Under the pieces are notes generated by a model. It did no database searches. It saw nothing but the letters and a program-made list of their open reading frames with translations, and was not told the DNA's origin. Made by a program: the position numbers and the translations under genes. Shown here one piece after another: positions 10,376-21,497 of a DNA stretch of 64,000 nucleotides. Each line of letters starts with the position of its first letter. Position 1 is the first letter of the stretch. The stretch is from the IMG/VR virus record IMGVR_UViG_3300045591_000029, positions 1 to 64,000 of that record. One strand, 5' to 3'. The stretch comes from a virus. Its lineage: Duplodnaviria > Heunggongvirae > Uroviricota > Caudoviricetes.

Positions 10376-10879
10376 TTAACCTCCATACATATCTAATACT
10401 TGCTGTTCTGTAATCTTGCCTGTTGCTAATTGGTCAGCAAGCTCATTAAACAGCGTTCCATTATGTCCTTTTACATATCTTAAATCAACCCGTAATCCTT
10501 CTTTAGTGGTTAATCTATCATATTCGAGAATTAAGTCCTTATTCTCTAAGGGTTTATTACCGGCACGAACCCAGCCATTCGCCTTCCAATTCTTAATCCA
10601 ATTAGTGAAACTATTGACACAATACATAGAATCACTATAAACAATAGGAATGAAGAAATCGCCGTCTTTCGCGCCATAATGAGTTAATGCCCACAAAATT
10701 GCAGACATTTCCATTCTATTGTTTGTTGTCCCATCTGCGCGTTCAGAATATGCGGCGATAACTTTATAGGTTGACGGATCTTGATGCGGTTCCGCTTCGC
10801 AAACCACAACTCCAAAACCACCTTTTGCGTCTTTCGCGCCATTCTTTAAGGTTGAGCCGTCTGTATATATTACTATCAT
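10376..10879 (-). CDS. rnh: ribonuclease H (RNase HI family)
   Basis: MIVIYTDGS...ILEYDR...HNGTLFNELAD typical RNase HI residues. Confidence 0.75.
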   Translation of the reverse strand: MIVIYTDGSTLKNGAKDAKGGFGVVVCEAEPHQDPSTYKVIAAYSERADGTTNNRMEMSAILWALTHYGAKDGDFFIPIVYSDSMYCVNSFTNWIKNWKANGWVRAGNKPLENKDLILEYDRLTTKEGLRVDLRYVKGHNGTLFNELADQLATGKITEQQVLDMYGG

Positions 10880-11052
10880 TCGCTATACCTCAAATACTTC
10901 ATTTATTTTTAAGTTCTCCTTTTTTATTTCTGAATATATAATACCATATATTTTATAAAAAATCAAGCTTAAAATAAGAAAAGGCTTAGTAGATTATTAA
11001 ATCTACTAAGCCTTCAATATTAGATGGTTGCCTCATCCTAGATTATTTGCTG

Positions 11053-11259
11053 CTATTGTTGCTCACACATAGCTAAATCATAGGTAATTCCACCCTTGCG
11101 ATGATCAGATTTACTCATATTTAAGTAAAAAGAACAAACAATACCATGCGCAGACCAGGGTAATCCTACTAATGCACTAATCCATGGAAGAGTGCCTAAA
11201 TAACCGAGATGTACGCAATAGAAAGCAAGAGCAATACCAGAGATAGTTACAATCCACAA
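11053..11259 (-). CDS. small membrane protein, putative holin (adjacent to endolysin)
   Basis: 68 aa, two hydrophobic segments, location immediately downstream of endolysin. Confidence 0.3.
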   Translation of the reverse strand: MWIVTISGIALAFYCVHLGYLGTLPWISALVGLPWSAHGIVCSFYLNMSKSDHRKGGITYDLAMCEQQ

Positions 11260-11342
11260 TAAAGAGCGAATATCGCAAATAAGTTGTTTAGAAAATTCTC
11301 TCTTCTAGTTGTGTCTTCTTTTCCCTCTTGTTTGACGAGTCA

Positions 11343-12749
11343 TTATTGACCACTCTTTTCAGCATAACGTTTTAGAACGGCTGCAAATTCACCACGAGTC
11401 ATAAAGCGTTTTGGCATCAACTGACCTTTTTCATTGCCATTGATTAAGCCATTAGCTTGTGCCCAAGTCATTGCGTCTTGCTCCCAGGTGACTGGTTGCG
11501 CAGCGAGCTGACTAAGATATACATTCATCATTTCATTGAATTTTTCTTGAGTCATGTCTTCATCATCCTCCTCGATACCTTTAGACTGCATTAAAGCAGC
11601 AACATCTTTGCGGACGGTTGTCATATCTTTGCCATATTTCTTGAACCAATGGTATACATCAGCATGGTTGCTACCGAGACCTAGTTGATAGCTATCTTGA
11701 TGGCAGAGAATAGTTGGAACCGTTACACCATTTACATTTACAGAACCATTTGGATTGATATTATATGTCTTGCATAAGTAAGCTGTCAATTCGCAAGCTT
11801 CTTTGTAGACTTTAGCGAAGTAATCGGGGTCACTTAGATTGTCTTCGCAGATTTCAAACTGAATCCATCCAGTATTACAGCTACCTTTAGATCCTGAACC
11901 GCAACCCCAAGGTCTATAATTCCAAGGTAGTGTTTGTACTGCGGCTACGCTTCCGTCAGCAAGAGCACCAATCCAAGCGTTTACACCAGCCTGCTATGAA
12001 CTATGATTCCAATCGGTTCTACTGGTATTTTTACCAATTTTAGTAATCAGAGATTGATAGTTCTTGTCGTTCTCAGACGGTTGAACATAACGCTTAATGG
12101 TCTTATTATTAGCGCCTGTACTGTGCCAGAGGACGCCTTTAATATCCATCTTGCGGGTTTGCTTATAACAAGTGCTATTAGTCATCATACAAACCAATGG
12201 TTGATTAGCGTTTGAATATTTCATCTTAGCTACTTCCTCCTTTTGCGTTGAATAAGTATTGAAGTAACGTTGGCCATATAACGCACGCTATTTTAGTGTG
12301 CTAGAGCTCTGATCTGCCGGTCTTTCGAACTGAGTGACCACCAAATTAGATGCTTCTTCAACAGATGAGGTAGTCTTCAAGATTTTTAATAGCTGGGAGT
12401 AACTTGTAGTTAGTTCCTGATATAAAAAATCTAGTTGGGTGTTTAAGTCACCAATAGACTTTCCTCGACTTTTACACAGCTAAAATAGACCTTGCTTGCG
12501 GCTCCAATATGTCCATTGAGCTAAACCATATCCCGCAGAATCATGCGTGAAATTGGTATAGGAGCCGTTATCAACAGCCGCAGTATACGAGGCATCATTC
12601 ATTCCTAACTCACTCTCATATGAGTTCTATAAGTTAGTTGGAATAAGTCCGCTTTCCGCGAATAGATTCCCCATTAGACCTGCGGCGCCGCAGTTACTTA
12701 ATCCTTTTGATTTGAGATAATCCCAAATAACTTGAGCATTATCCGCCAA
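11343..12749 (-). CDS. multidomain endolysin (cell-wall hydrolase) with C-terminal SLH domain; 4 in-frame TAG, TTG start
   Basis: continuous frame through TAGs: ...CGAAGLMGNLFAESGL... MKYSNANQPLVCMM...GVLWHSTGANNKT... ...TWEQDAMTWAQANGLINGNEKGQLMPKRFMTRGEFAAVLKRY (SLH-type motif). Confidence 0.6.
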
Positions 12750-12811
12750 TGACCTCACCTCCAATTAGGGTATAAAAATAGGTCGAGGGAAAAATTCCCT
12801 CGACCTCGTTA

Positions 12812-14185
12812 TTAAATTTTATCAGCGATAGAAGCAATCTTACTACGATAGATATTCTTAAGAGTTACCTCTCCATAAATATCCTTACCTCTAAATACTT
12901 TTGATACTCTCCGCATACCGTTATTTGCACCAGAGAAGTGAATATCATCAACCTGAGTTTTTTCATCACCATCAATAATACAAATACAATCTTCGCCAAC
13001 ACGCTGTAGAGCGAGTTTCATCAGTGTGCGGTCAAGGTTTTGAGCTTCAGAAATATAGATACCTGCGTTCATACCAGAAGTATCATAACCACGAATATCA
13101 GAGAATGGTAGTAAAACTAATTTACCTTCTGCGATTAGTCTCTCAACTTCCTCTCGACCGCCGAACTTACTACTTAGCAAGTTGCCAATCTGAGAGTCAA
13201 GTAGCTTTTCGTCTTTTGTTCCCGGATAATATCCGAGACGAGCAGAGTTAGCAGTAGCAACAGTATTGCAGAAGATAATAATTTTATCTAGTTCATGGGC
13301 TTCCATTTTTGCCATTAAATAAGCCAGAGAAACGAAAGTCTTTCCGCTACCAGCTGGACCTTTAACAAGAGTTAGCTTGTTATTACGCAAACTATCAAAT
13401 AGCATCTTTTGATAAATATCTCCAGAGTATGGAGAAATCTTACCAAACCACTTAGAGTTAATGGTCTTAGAAGAAAGGTATCTGAACTCTTCGCCTGTCC
13501 AAACCCGCAAATCAACAATCTCTCCATTGCTATTTTTCAGGATAAGATACTGTCCTGGTAATAGGTTAAAGGAATTATCGTTCGGATTCTGATAAAACTC
13601 TGCTAGAGCTTCGTCGCTATAAGTAACTTCAATATAACCAGTATAATTGTCTACTTCTTCTGGAACGCTCTCAATCATTCCATTACCAAAGAAGCAGTTA
13701 GCGATATGCTTTAGACTTAAATCGTTAGTTACAAAGACAATATCTTTTTCTTTGTCGCACGCAATGGCATCAGACAAGATGCGAGTATCATCAGTAACAT
13801 CGAAACCCGCTTCTTTAATTACGAACTCATTGTCTACTTTGTGCGGGATTACTTCATACTTATCTGGATATTCTTCAAACAAATGAAGCAATAGACGAGC
13901 TGAATACTTGATGTCAGCATCCTTATTTGAAGCCGTCTTAATTCTCTCTAATTCTTTTAATGTAATTGAGGAAACTAAGAAGGGCTTCTTGTCCTGCTCA
14001 AATAGACTTTCTCCGGCCAACAAAAGGGAGCAAGTATCGTAGAAGTATCTATCTGTTGGAAACCGTACATCATAGTTCATGTTCATCTTCCTCTTCGTAT
14101 GTAGTGGCAAATCCGATTGCCCTAGATTGAGTTTCTCCTTCACTAAGTTTATTAATCGCAACATTGTGACGAACAATTCTTTCAT
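12812..14185 (-). CDS. phoH: PhoH-like ATPase with N-terminal PIN-like domain
   Basis: LVKGPAGSGKTFVSLA Walker A, PhoH family architecture; 457 aa. Confidence 0.75.
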   Translation of the reverse strand: MKELFVTMLRLINLVKEKLNLGQSDLPLHTKRKMNMNYDVRFPTDRYFYDTCSLLLAGESLFEQDKKPFLVSSITLKELERIKTASNKDADIKYSARLLLHLFEEYPDKYEVIPHKVDNEFVIKEAGFDVTDDTRILSDAIACDKEKDIVFVTNDLSLKHIANCFFGNGMIESVPEEVDNYTGYIEVTYSDEALAEFYQNPNDNSFNLLPGQYLILKNSNGEIVDLRVWTGEEFRYLSSKTINSKWFGKISPYSGDIYQKMLFDSLRNNKLTLVKGPAGSGKTFVSLAYLMAKMEAHELDKIIIFCNTVATANSARLGYYPGTKDEKLLDSQIGNLLSSKFGGREEVERLIAEGKLVLLPFSDIRGYDTSGMNAGIYISEAQNLDRTLMKLALQRVGEDCICIIDGDEKTQVDDIHFSGANNGMRRVSKVFRGKDIYGEVTLKNIYRSKIASIADKI

Positions 14186-14303
14186 TTATATTAGCTTTAA
14201 TAAGTTCTGTAATAGCACTTATAATTTCACTAATACTATTGAGTAAGGTGGCACCTACTGTGATAAGGAGAACTCCAATTAAAATATTTACCAATAAAAC
14301 CAC
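14070..14303 (-). CDS. small membrane protein (overlaps PhoH start; may be spurious)
   Basis: 77 aa hydrophobic ORF. Confidence 0.25.
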   Translation of the reverse strand: MVLLVNILIGVLLITVGATLLNSISEIISAITELIKANINERIVRHNVAINKLSEGETQSRAIGFATTYEEEDEHEL

Positions 14304-14337
14304 CTCTTATGTTATTATAATAAATAAGAGAAGTTTG

Positions 14338-14802
14338 TTAATTATTATCGGCCTTCTGTCTAAAGCGTTTGACAGATTCAATAGCTTTATCTTGACCAAG
14401 AATATATTTATGTAACATATTTTTCTCTTTATCAAGAGCCTCTTTAAGTGCGTCGGCTCTATATTTGCAGCGCATCATATTTCGATTAAAAGCGCCTAAT
14501 GGGTCCACTTCCGCAGGAGTTTTAACGCCAAGACCTAATACCTCTTGATAAAACTGATTGCGGACATTAAACTTATCTCTCTCTTGCTTATAAAAATATT
14601 CAAGGGCTTCAATTCTTGCTTTTGATAGAGCAATATTATATCCAACTTTTTTAGAGTAGAAACCTTCATCACCCTTACTTAGTACAGCAGCGCCATGAAA
14701 AGTATGCCCTTGATAGCAAATCTTTACATTGGTGATACCTTCTTCTTCCTAATAATCTTTCATAATCACAGGAGCTTTATATATAGCTTTAACCAAATTC
14801 AT
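14338..14802 (-). CDS. hypothetical protein with one in-frame TAG
   Basis: hand translation MNLVKAIYKAPVIMKDY*EEEGITNVKICYQGHTFHG...FRQKADNN; no ORF on track because of TAG. Confidence 0.45.
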
Positions 14803-14981
14803 ATAGTTTTGTTCTCCTTATTTAATTCTTTATCTATATGATAGCAAAATTTTATAGATAAATCAAATTTGCCCTATTTCTCCGAAAAATTTGCTGGGCC
14901 TATGTGCGCGGAAACTCGGAGATCGACGATGCTAGCGACAAAAAAAAAGAGCCGCGCTCTTACGAACGCGGTTCTTCAAAA

Positions 14982-16478
14982 TTACTCCTTATTGGAGGAG
15001 TCTGCCAACTTGCCACCGAGGAAACCGGTGAGCAAGGTTTTCACATCAATACCGAGGGATTCGCTCAGTCCCTCAGAAACCTGAGCGACATTCTTGATAA
15101 TGTTGCCAGACAGCTTGCTGGTGTCATCACCGAACATCACAATCTTGTCAACATTGGTGTACGCCTGGCCGGTAGCCTGAGCAATAGCAGGCAACTGCTG
15201 GAAGTACAGCTTGAGGGCTTCCATCTGCATATCCATCTTTGCGGCTTCGCCGTACTGCTTCATAGCTTCCGCTTTCTTCATAAGACCTTCGGCTTCTGCC
15301 TCAGCCTTAGCCTGAATCGCAGCAGCCTCAGCTTCACCACGGGCCTTAGTAGCCGCAGCTTCTGCCTCACCCTGAACACGAACAGCTTCAGCAGTAGCAC
15401 GCTGGGCTTCAGCTCTCTGCTCTGCCTCAAAACGCTCGGCTTCCGCAGTCTTCTGACGCTCATACAGATCTGCCTCAGACTGCTTCTGAGTAGCGTACAG
15501 CTTAGCATCAGCTTCCTGCTGGGCAGCATACTTCTTAGCTTCCGCAGTCTTCTTGACCTCAGCCTCCAGAGCACGTTCCTTAATGGCAACTTCGCGCTCC
15601 TTCAGGTCGATTTCCTTTTCCTGACGAGCAATGTCAGCATCTGCCGCAGCCACATCACGCAGTTTACGCTGGTTCTCAGACTCAATCTCCATAGCAGCAT
15701 TAGCCTGAGCCTGCTTGGTATCAGCTTCCTGCTTCAACTGAGCCTTCTGAATAGCCAGACTATTGTTGCGCTTGGCAATCTCTTCCTCAGCCTTTACGCG
15801 GGCATCGTTAGAAGCCTTAGCGTTCTCAGCCTCGGCAACCGCAATCTCACGCTGGGCATTAGATTTAGCGATTGCGGCGTCCTTGCGGATCTGCTCGACG
15901 TTATCAATACCGAGGTTGGTGATAACATCATTGTCGTCAGAGAAGTTCTGGACATTGAAGGAAACCAGTTCCAGACCGAAACGAGCCAGGTCAGGCACAG
16001 CATTTTCCTGCACCTTTTCGGAGAATGCCTTGCGATCACCGACCATCTCGGTCAGCTTCATCTGACCCACAATCTCACGAATATTACCTTCCAGAAGGTC
16101 GTTAATCTTCTGCGCAATCTGCTCACGAGAGACATTTAGGAAGTTCTGAGCAGCAAGAGCAATCATCCCTTCACTCTGACCTACGCGCACAGAAACGGTA
16201 GAATCAACTCGCACATTGATGTATTCCGCAGTCGGCACGGCAGAGCCAGTCTTAACATCAATCTGGATAGCTCCGAGTGCCAGCTTATCCATTCGTTCCA
16301 AGAAGGGAATCTTGACACCAGCCTTACCGACCAGAATACGAGGTTTCTTGTGCAGACCGGAAATGATATAGGCAACATCGGGCGGAGCCTTTACATAACC
16401 AGAAGCCAAGAGGGCGATAAGAGCAATAGCAATAATCACCACAGGGACAAAAGGAAGAATAGTCATCAAAATTTCCAT
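14982..16478 (-). CDS. SPFH/band 7 (flotillin-like) membrane protein
   Basis: N-terminal TM, SPFH core, long Ala/Glu-rich coiled coil; 498 aa. Confidence 0.75.
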   Translation of the reverse strand: MEILMTILPFVPVVIIAIALIALLASGYVKAPPDVAYIISGLHKKPRILVGKAGVKIPFLERMDKLALGAIQIDVKTGSAVPTAEYINVRVDSTVSVRVGQSEGMIALAAQNFLNVSREQIAQKINDLLEGNIREIVGQMKLTEMVGDRKAFSEKVQENAVPDLARFGLELVSFNVQNFSDDNDVITNLGIDNVEQIRKDAAIAKSNAQREIAVAEAENAKASNDARVKAEEEIAKRNNSLAIQKAQLKQEADTKQAQANAAMEIESENQRKLRDVAAADADIARQEKEIDLKEREVAIKERALEAEVKKTAEAKKYAAQQEADAKLYATQKQSEADLYERQKTAEAERFEAEQRAEAQRATAEAVRVQGEAEAAATKARGEAEAAAIQAKAEAEAEGLMKKAEAMKQYGEAAKMDMQMEALKLYFQQLPAIAQATGQAYTNVDKIVMFGDDTSKLSGNIIKNVAQVSEGLSESLGIDVKTLLTGFLGGKLADSSNKE

Positions 16479-16536
16479 GTGTTACTCCTTAATATATTAA
16501 ATTGTTTTTATTTATAAATCAATGCGTTAGTATTGT

Positions 16537-17223
16537 TTATCCGTAGTAACCTCCATCGGGAGGATCTCGTTTATAAGAGGTGCAAAGTTCAGGGATACAG
16601 CCACAATTAGGATAGGTATACACGCACTTATCGCATCTAATCACAGGCTTTGGTTTTTCAACCTACAGCTGAGCCTTGCACTCTTCTACCTTCTCGTTCA
16701 TTTCTTTGATAACATCATCAAGGAGAACGGGATAGCACTCGTGGGAATCGACTCCCACATGATACATGAAAGGAATTTCATTGTAGAAATTACTTGTTTG
16801 ATGGGTATGACCAAAGAGATTGCAAGTCACCTGCTTAAGTGACTCTTTCTCAAGATTGCCTGTTAAAGTAGGATAATGAGAAGCATAGAAATGATACTTG
16901 CGATAAGTGAAAGCATAAGCGTCAAACACGGGAATACCAGCTCTAAGATAGGCTTCTCTGCGGTTAGCAGTATCATGGTTACCACCAACCACGAGTTTAC
17001 GACCATTCATGCGATTGAGCAAAGCAATCCCTTCCTCAAGCTTATCAGCTCCGCCGAGCATGAGGTCGCCGCAGATAATAAGAGTGTCTTCAGGGGCCAC
17101 GCACTCATTATTCTTCTTTACGATAGTCTCATTCATCTCTTCAACACTCTCAAAACCACGAGCTTTCCAGATAAATTCCTTATCGTGATTATAATGGTAA
17201 TCTGATGATAGCCAAATTTTCAA
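16537..17223 (-). CDS. calcineurin-like metallophosphoesterase with TAG read-through C-terminal Cys-rich extension
   Basis: GDLMLGG...GNHD motifs; ORF ends at TAG 16663-16665, same frame continues VEKPKPVIRCDKCVYTYPNCGCIPELCTSYKRDPPDGGYYG to TAA. Confidence 0.55.
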
Positions 17224-17229
17224 TATAAG

Positions 17230-17934
17230 TCACTTCCTTTTGGGTGTTGTAATGGCTTCAATTCTCGACATTCCATTTTTCATACGCTTGTATACCGAAT
17301 TTTTTGAAATATTATAAATGGAACACCAATCTTTGAAATTGTGAAATTCTCCATTGATTTCAATTAACTTGCTGGCTTCTTCTATGGGGATGTTATTTGG
17401 AATGATTTCCAGTGTTTCTGGATTATATTCCCTAAATATAAATCCCTTTACTGTTTTATATCTGTTACTACCGGATGCGCATTTTCTAATACTAGCTCTA
17501 TCAGTTCCTAACTCATGAGCTGCGGCAGTTATTGTAGGAAAAAATTTCTTTTCTCCACTTGTTTCTGAAATGGCACAAATGGGTGTTGCCAATTTAGCTC
17601 GTACTTCTGGATCATCAAATGGATATTCTGTGTTTAGAGTTTGATTATATCCATGCTAAGAGGTTAAGCTATTATATTCAATGATTGCATCATGCTCTAA
17701 TTTATATCTTTCTTCTGGAGTTTGAATATCTTTTATTAAGATTTGAAAATCAAAATTCTCTATACCATATTTTCTTATGGCTCGATATAATGGATATTCA
17801 TATCCTGCGCGAGATTCGAGACGAGCATTTTGCTAATGTTCATACCACCTTGTTGTAAATCCTCGTGACTAGTCACTGGAACCAATATAGGTTTTATGGT
17901 TAATCAGATTTTCGATTTTATAAATGAAATACAT
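17230..17934 (-). CDS. GIY-YIG homing endonuclease with C-terminal HTH (3 in-frame TAG)
   Basis: MYFIYKIENLINHKTYIGSSD*SRGFTTRWYEH*QNARL...; C-terminal part equals track ORF 17230..17592. Confidence 0.6.
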
Positions 17935-18023
17935 TTTATCACCTTCCATTTATAAATGGAAATTCTTACAGACTCTTTTATTACTTCTGACCTCATCTTT
18001 GATAGTCATTGAAAAACTTATTC

Positions 18024-18557
18024 TTAATGGTGCACACGCACCTCGATATTAGAAAATCCCCAATTGGTCTTAGGAAACTCTTTTTCAGTAGGAATAGAAA
18101 ATCCCTTCTTCATCTTCTTAATTGCGGAATCGGGGATTCTGGCAACGCCAGTCCGCTGAGCATTACGCTCAAGAGCGGTTTCGACAGGAACATCAATGAC
18201 TTCAAAGGTCAATTTGGTATGCGGATCTGCGATCAACCGACCAAGGAGCTTTGCACGAGAAGCGGGGCTAATATGAGTCGCATCCGCAAACACAACATCA
18301 ATATCAAGTTCCATAGCTTCATTAATCTGTCGGACAAATTCGTCGAATACTTCAACTTCTTTGTCAAAGTAGCTATCACGATCGGTCAAGATGGACTGCC
18401 GCACGAAATCTCTGGAAACTACACAAGTGGTGCGATGCTCTTCTTCAATTCGGGCTACCTCTTGCTTCACCCAAGTAGATTTTCCGCTACCGGGTACCCC
18501 AACCATGACTTTCAGTTCAGTTGTCATTCTTTTCGCCTCCATCCATTTTTGCCCCAC
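18024..18557 (-). CDS. P-loop polynucleotide kinase (Pnk-like kinase domain)
   Basis: VMVGVPGSGKSTW Walker A, AAA_33-like kinase layout; 177 aa. Confidence 0.55.
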   Translation of the reverse strand: MGQKWMEAKRMTTELKVMVGVPGSGKSTWVKQEVARIEEEHRTTCVVSRDFVRQSILTDRDSYFDKEVEVFDEFVRQINEAMELDIDVVFADATHISPASRAKLLGRLIADPHTKLTFEVIDVPVETALERNAQRTGVARIPDSAIKKMKKGFSIPTEKEFPKTNWGFSNIEVRVHH

Positions 18558-18792
18558 AATGTGAACAATACTCCCAGAAGTTACTCTTGATTACTTTCTT
18601 ACATACCGGACAAATTCGTTCCGTATGATAATTCATGCCAACTTCAATATCCCATTTACTGTGAGTTACTGGAATAACATCTGCAGCTGGTATTGCCATC
18701 AGTGCAGCAGCACTCACGTACACATCGTCCCAACGACCATGTATGAAATTGGCTTGCGATACAGCCACAGCACGGTCAATGTATTCTGGCAT
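18517..18792 (-). CDS. zinc-ribbon protein
   Basis: CPVCKK...CSHCGAKM; 91 aa. Confidence 0.4.
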   Translation of the reverse strand: MPEYIDRAVAVSQANFIHGRWDDVYVSAAALMAIPAADVIPVTHSKWDIEVGMNYHTERICPVCKKVIKSNFWEYCSHCGAKMDGGEKNDN

Positions 18793-19054
18793 TAGCTAAC
18801 CTCCGTTCAACTTCAGCCATCACCCAAGCAATATCTTCATCAGATACCTCGGTTTCAAACTGAATAGAGCAGTTCTCACCTTTTACTCTTGCTTCAATGA
18901 GCAAATTAACAGCATCTTCAAGGTCCTGTTGATGCTCTATGAAAGGAGAAAAAGCTCGATTCTCTTGAGCACAAGGACATGGGACAGGAGACCAAAGATC
19001 GGATTTGCATCTTGGGTTATCGTGATAATCTAACATACCATGCGGATGAGTCAT
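18776..19054 (-). CDS. hypothetical protein
   Basis: 92 aa intact ORF. Confidence 0.4.
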   Translation of the reverse strand: MTHPHGMLDYHDNPRCKSDLWSPVPCPCAQENRAFSPFIEHQQDLEDAVNLLIEARVKGENCSIQFETEVSDEDIAWVMAEVERRLANARIH

Positions 19055-19220
19055 TACTTTTCCTCCTGTTCAATAAACTGCTGAATGATAGCCATTGATT
19101 TTTCAATATCATTTAGCTCGTCATCAATGAACACGCCGCTCCAATCCAGACTATCAATAATGCCATCGAGGGTTTCCAACGCTTTAACAGCGTCATTTTT
19201 AGTGACCATACCTCATGACT

Positions 19221-19262
19221 TCCTTTCTTAACTTTCTATAAATATTATAATATATATTTATA
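19221..19262 (-). promoter_or_regulatory. same promoter-like motif
   Basis: tcctttcttaactttctataaatattataatatat. Confidence 0.45.
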
Positions 19263-19305
19263 ATAAAATCAAAAGGTTCTAAGAATTAGAACCTTTTGAT
19301 TTTAT

Positions 19306-19803
19306 TTAATTAGTTTGATCAGTAAAATAGACTTGTGAAAGTTCACCAATGTCATCAATCTCACAATCGTTTATTTCAAATGGCCAATCTACCCATAAAT
19401 CAATATGATTTTCTAAAAAATTTAATGGATCTTTCTTAAAAGTTTTATAATCTTCCTCAGATAGCTCAAGTTCTCCATGGTAATATCCGCCTCGTAGATA
19501 ACCAGTAACCCAATCTACTTCTGCATCTATATTAACTTTATGAGTTACCTCAGTTGGATTGTCAAGAGAGATATAATATTTTTTGCCATTGATTTTTTTC
19601 CAGAATGAATAACTACTTTTTGGATAGCCAACTTTTTTTTCTAGAATATCTTCCTTGGTATTAGATTGCAACACAATAACTGGGTTTTTACGCGGATCTT
19701 GACCAATTGGGTGAAAATCTACTCCATCGGCGCCGGTAATTTCAAACCATTCTTTCCATCCTGTTCCTTTTTGCCATTCAGCCATTATTATTCCTCCTGA
19801 CAT
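19306..19803 (-). CDS. hypothetical protein
   Basis: 165 aa intact ORF. Confidence 0.45.
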   Translation of the reverse strand: MSGGIIMAEWQKGTGWKEWFEITGADGVDFHPIGQDPRKNPVIVLQSNTKEDILEKKVGYPKSSYSFWKKINGKKYYISLDNPTEVTHKVNIDAEVDWVTGYLRGGYYHGELELSEEDYKTFKKDPLNFLENHIDLWVDWPFEINDCEIDDIGELSQVYFTDQTN

Positions 19804-20612
19804 TGGATTAGAGATTCGATATACTCGCGTCCTTCTCCGACAAATAGCGGGATACTTTTATCAATTTCCCAGCTAGAGCGAGTTACACCATCGGTCTCAG
19901 TTGTAACCTTGATGCAACAAGAGCCATGCTTATACATAGGATGAAAGTTTTCCCAAGAAATCCCTTTCTCCGTGATTAGCATCTCTTTGATTTTCTCACA
20001 AGACTTACCTTGGAGTTCTTTATGAGAGAAATTAGCCTGGCCTACCATTTGAATAGAATTGCGGGTTGCATCTAGCTGACGCCAATAGACGAGGTTGGTG
20101 ACCTCTTCTTTGGGAATATTGAAGCAACGAGCATCAAACATGGCGCCCATTTGTGTTTTTACTGCATAAGTCTGGCCCAAATCATCTTGTGGGTAAGGGT
20201 TATCCATAGTCGCATGAGCGGCATAATAATCTAGATTCCTATGCCGGACTCCTTCATTAAATGCTTTATTGAAAGCCATCGTTGCCATAGAAGCAGCGAT
20301 AGAGCACATTTTCTGTACCTCGTAATCAAACCAAGCAGAGCTGTTGAGCCGCTTGTAATCAACAAGGATAAGAGTGATTTCATCACTTTGTGTATACCCT
20401 AACACGCACCCTTGAATGTTTTCACAGAGATATTTCATGGTATCCTGCATTGTGTTAATCAATACATCATCAAAAGGCTTGCTGAAACCACGGGTAAAGG
20501 TGTGGAAAGCTTTACCGTCAATGCGAATTGCAACCGGTGTACGACGCATTAGCTTAGTCTTAGGAACGCTTTCGTAATCTTTCATTCTTTTAGCCAGATC
20601 TGACGTATCCAT
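19788..20612 (-). CDS. Thg1-like protein (tRNA-His guanylyltransferase family; 3'-5' nucleotidyl transferase for tRNA 5'-end repair)
   Basis: VAIRIDGKAFHTFTRGFSKPFDDVLINTMQDTM...LGYTQSDEITLILV matches Thg1 core (RxDG..FH.F...KP.D...QSDE). Confidence 0.6.
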   Translation of the reverse strand: MDTSDLAKRMKDYESVPKTKLMRRTPVAIRIDGKAFHTFTRGFSKPFDDVLINTMQDTMKYLCENIQGCVLGYTQSDEITLILVDYKRLNSSAWFDYEVQKMCSIAASMATMAFNKAFNEGVRHRNLDYYAAHATMDNPYPQDDLGQTYAVKTQMGAMFDARCFNIPKEEVTNLVYWRQLDATRNSIQMVGQANFSHKELQGKSCEKIKEMLITEKGISWENFHPMYKHGSCCIKVTTETDGVTRSSWEIDKSIPLFVGEGREYIESLIQCQEE

Positions 20613-20613
20613 A

Positions 20614-21387
20614 TTATACCTCCTTTATAAATACACTAGTTTCTAACAATAAATCTTCTAAACAAATATCTTGTTCGTGAGTATATGGAATCCTGATAAT
20701 CTTTATTCCGTTAGTAGAACACCATTGATTTTTTATTTTGTCATGCAATACTGTTTTTTTGAATTGTTCTTTGGTATTCCATCCTCGTCCGACATAGGAA
20801 AAATGTTGTTCTCCATCAAACTCAATAATGTATTCATCGTTTACATAAAAATCAAAACGAGCTAGTTGCTTAGTATCAGGGAAAACACAATCAGGAAAGG
20901 TTTTTTCTTTTTCAAAGCTGATATTATTAGCAGTTAGTATCTTTTCTATTGTGTATGCTCCATGAGATTGCTTCATACAGCCACAGGAGAATGTTTTCCC
21001 GCTTACCAAGTTGTAACTACGGACTTCGGTCTCATTTCCGCAATCGCATAAACAATGCCATACTACCTGTCCATTCAGTCTTTTACTAGTTGGATATTGA
21101 GCTACCAATTTGCCGAATCTCTAATTAGATAAATCTTTAATTGGAGTTTTCTTGCCGGCACGCTCTTTCTACAAGCATCCACAAGACTATGTTAATCCTT
21201 TTCGCAGGTTAGAACTAAGCACATCTTTTTCATTTCCGCAGTCGCAAATACAATGCCAGATAGTCTCTCCTCGGCTATCTTTTCCAGCGATATTAAGTGC
21301 TGTTAAGCGTCCGAATTTCTGTCCAGTAATATCAATTCTTCTTCCCATAATCTCATAAAACTCCTTTATATTTATTTTTTCTACCAT
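20614..21387 (-). CDS. putative homing endonuclease of the FGRLT...WxCxCDCGN zinc-module family (three modules; 3 in-frame TAG); joins track ORFs 20614..21108 and 21187..21387
   Basis: frames identical (573 nt apart), intervening sequence ...KGLT*SCGCL*KERAGKKTPIKDLSN*RFGKLVAQYPT... has only TAG stops. Confidence 0.5.
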
Positions 21388-21497
21388 AAATGAATTTTAT
21401 GAAATAGAGATTAAACTTTTCTGTCCTTAGATATTCATGGCTGGTAGAATCTTCCCCTTTCTTATACATATATTATATAATAAAATAATAAAAAAAT

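Noticed and set aside
14904-16139. 411-aa plus-strand ORF antisense to the SPFH/flotillin gene
   Set aside because: Leu/Ser-rich low-complexity translation generated by the antisense of an Ala/Glu-rich coiled coil. The minus-strand gene has clear homology-type motifs.
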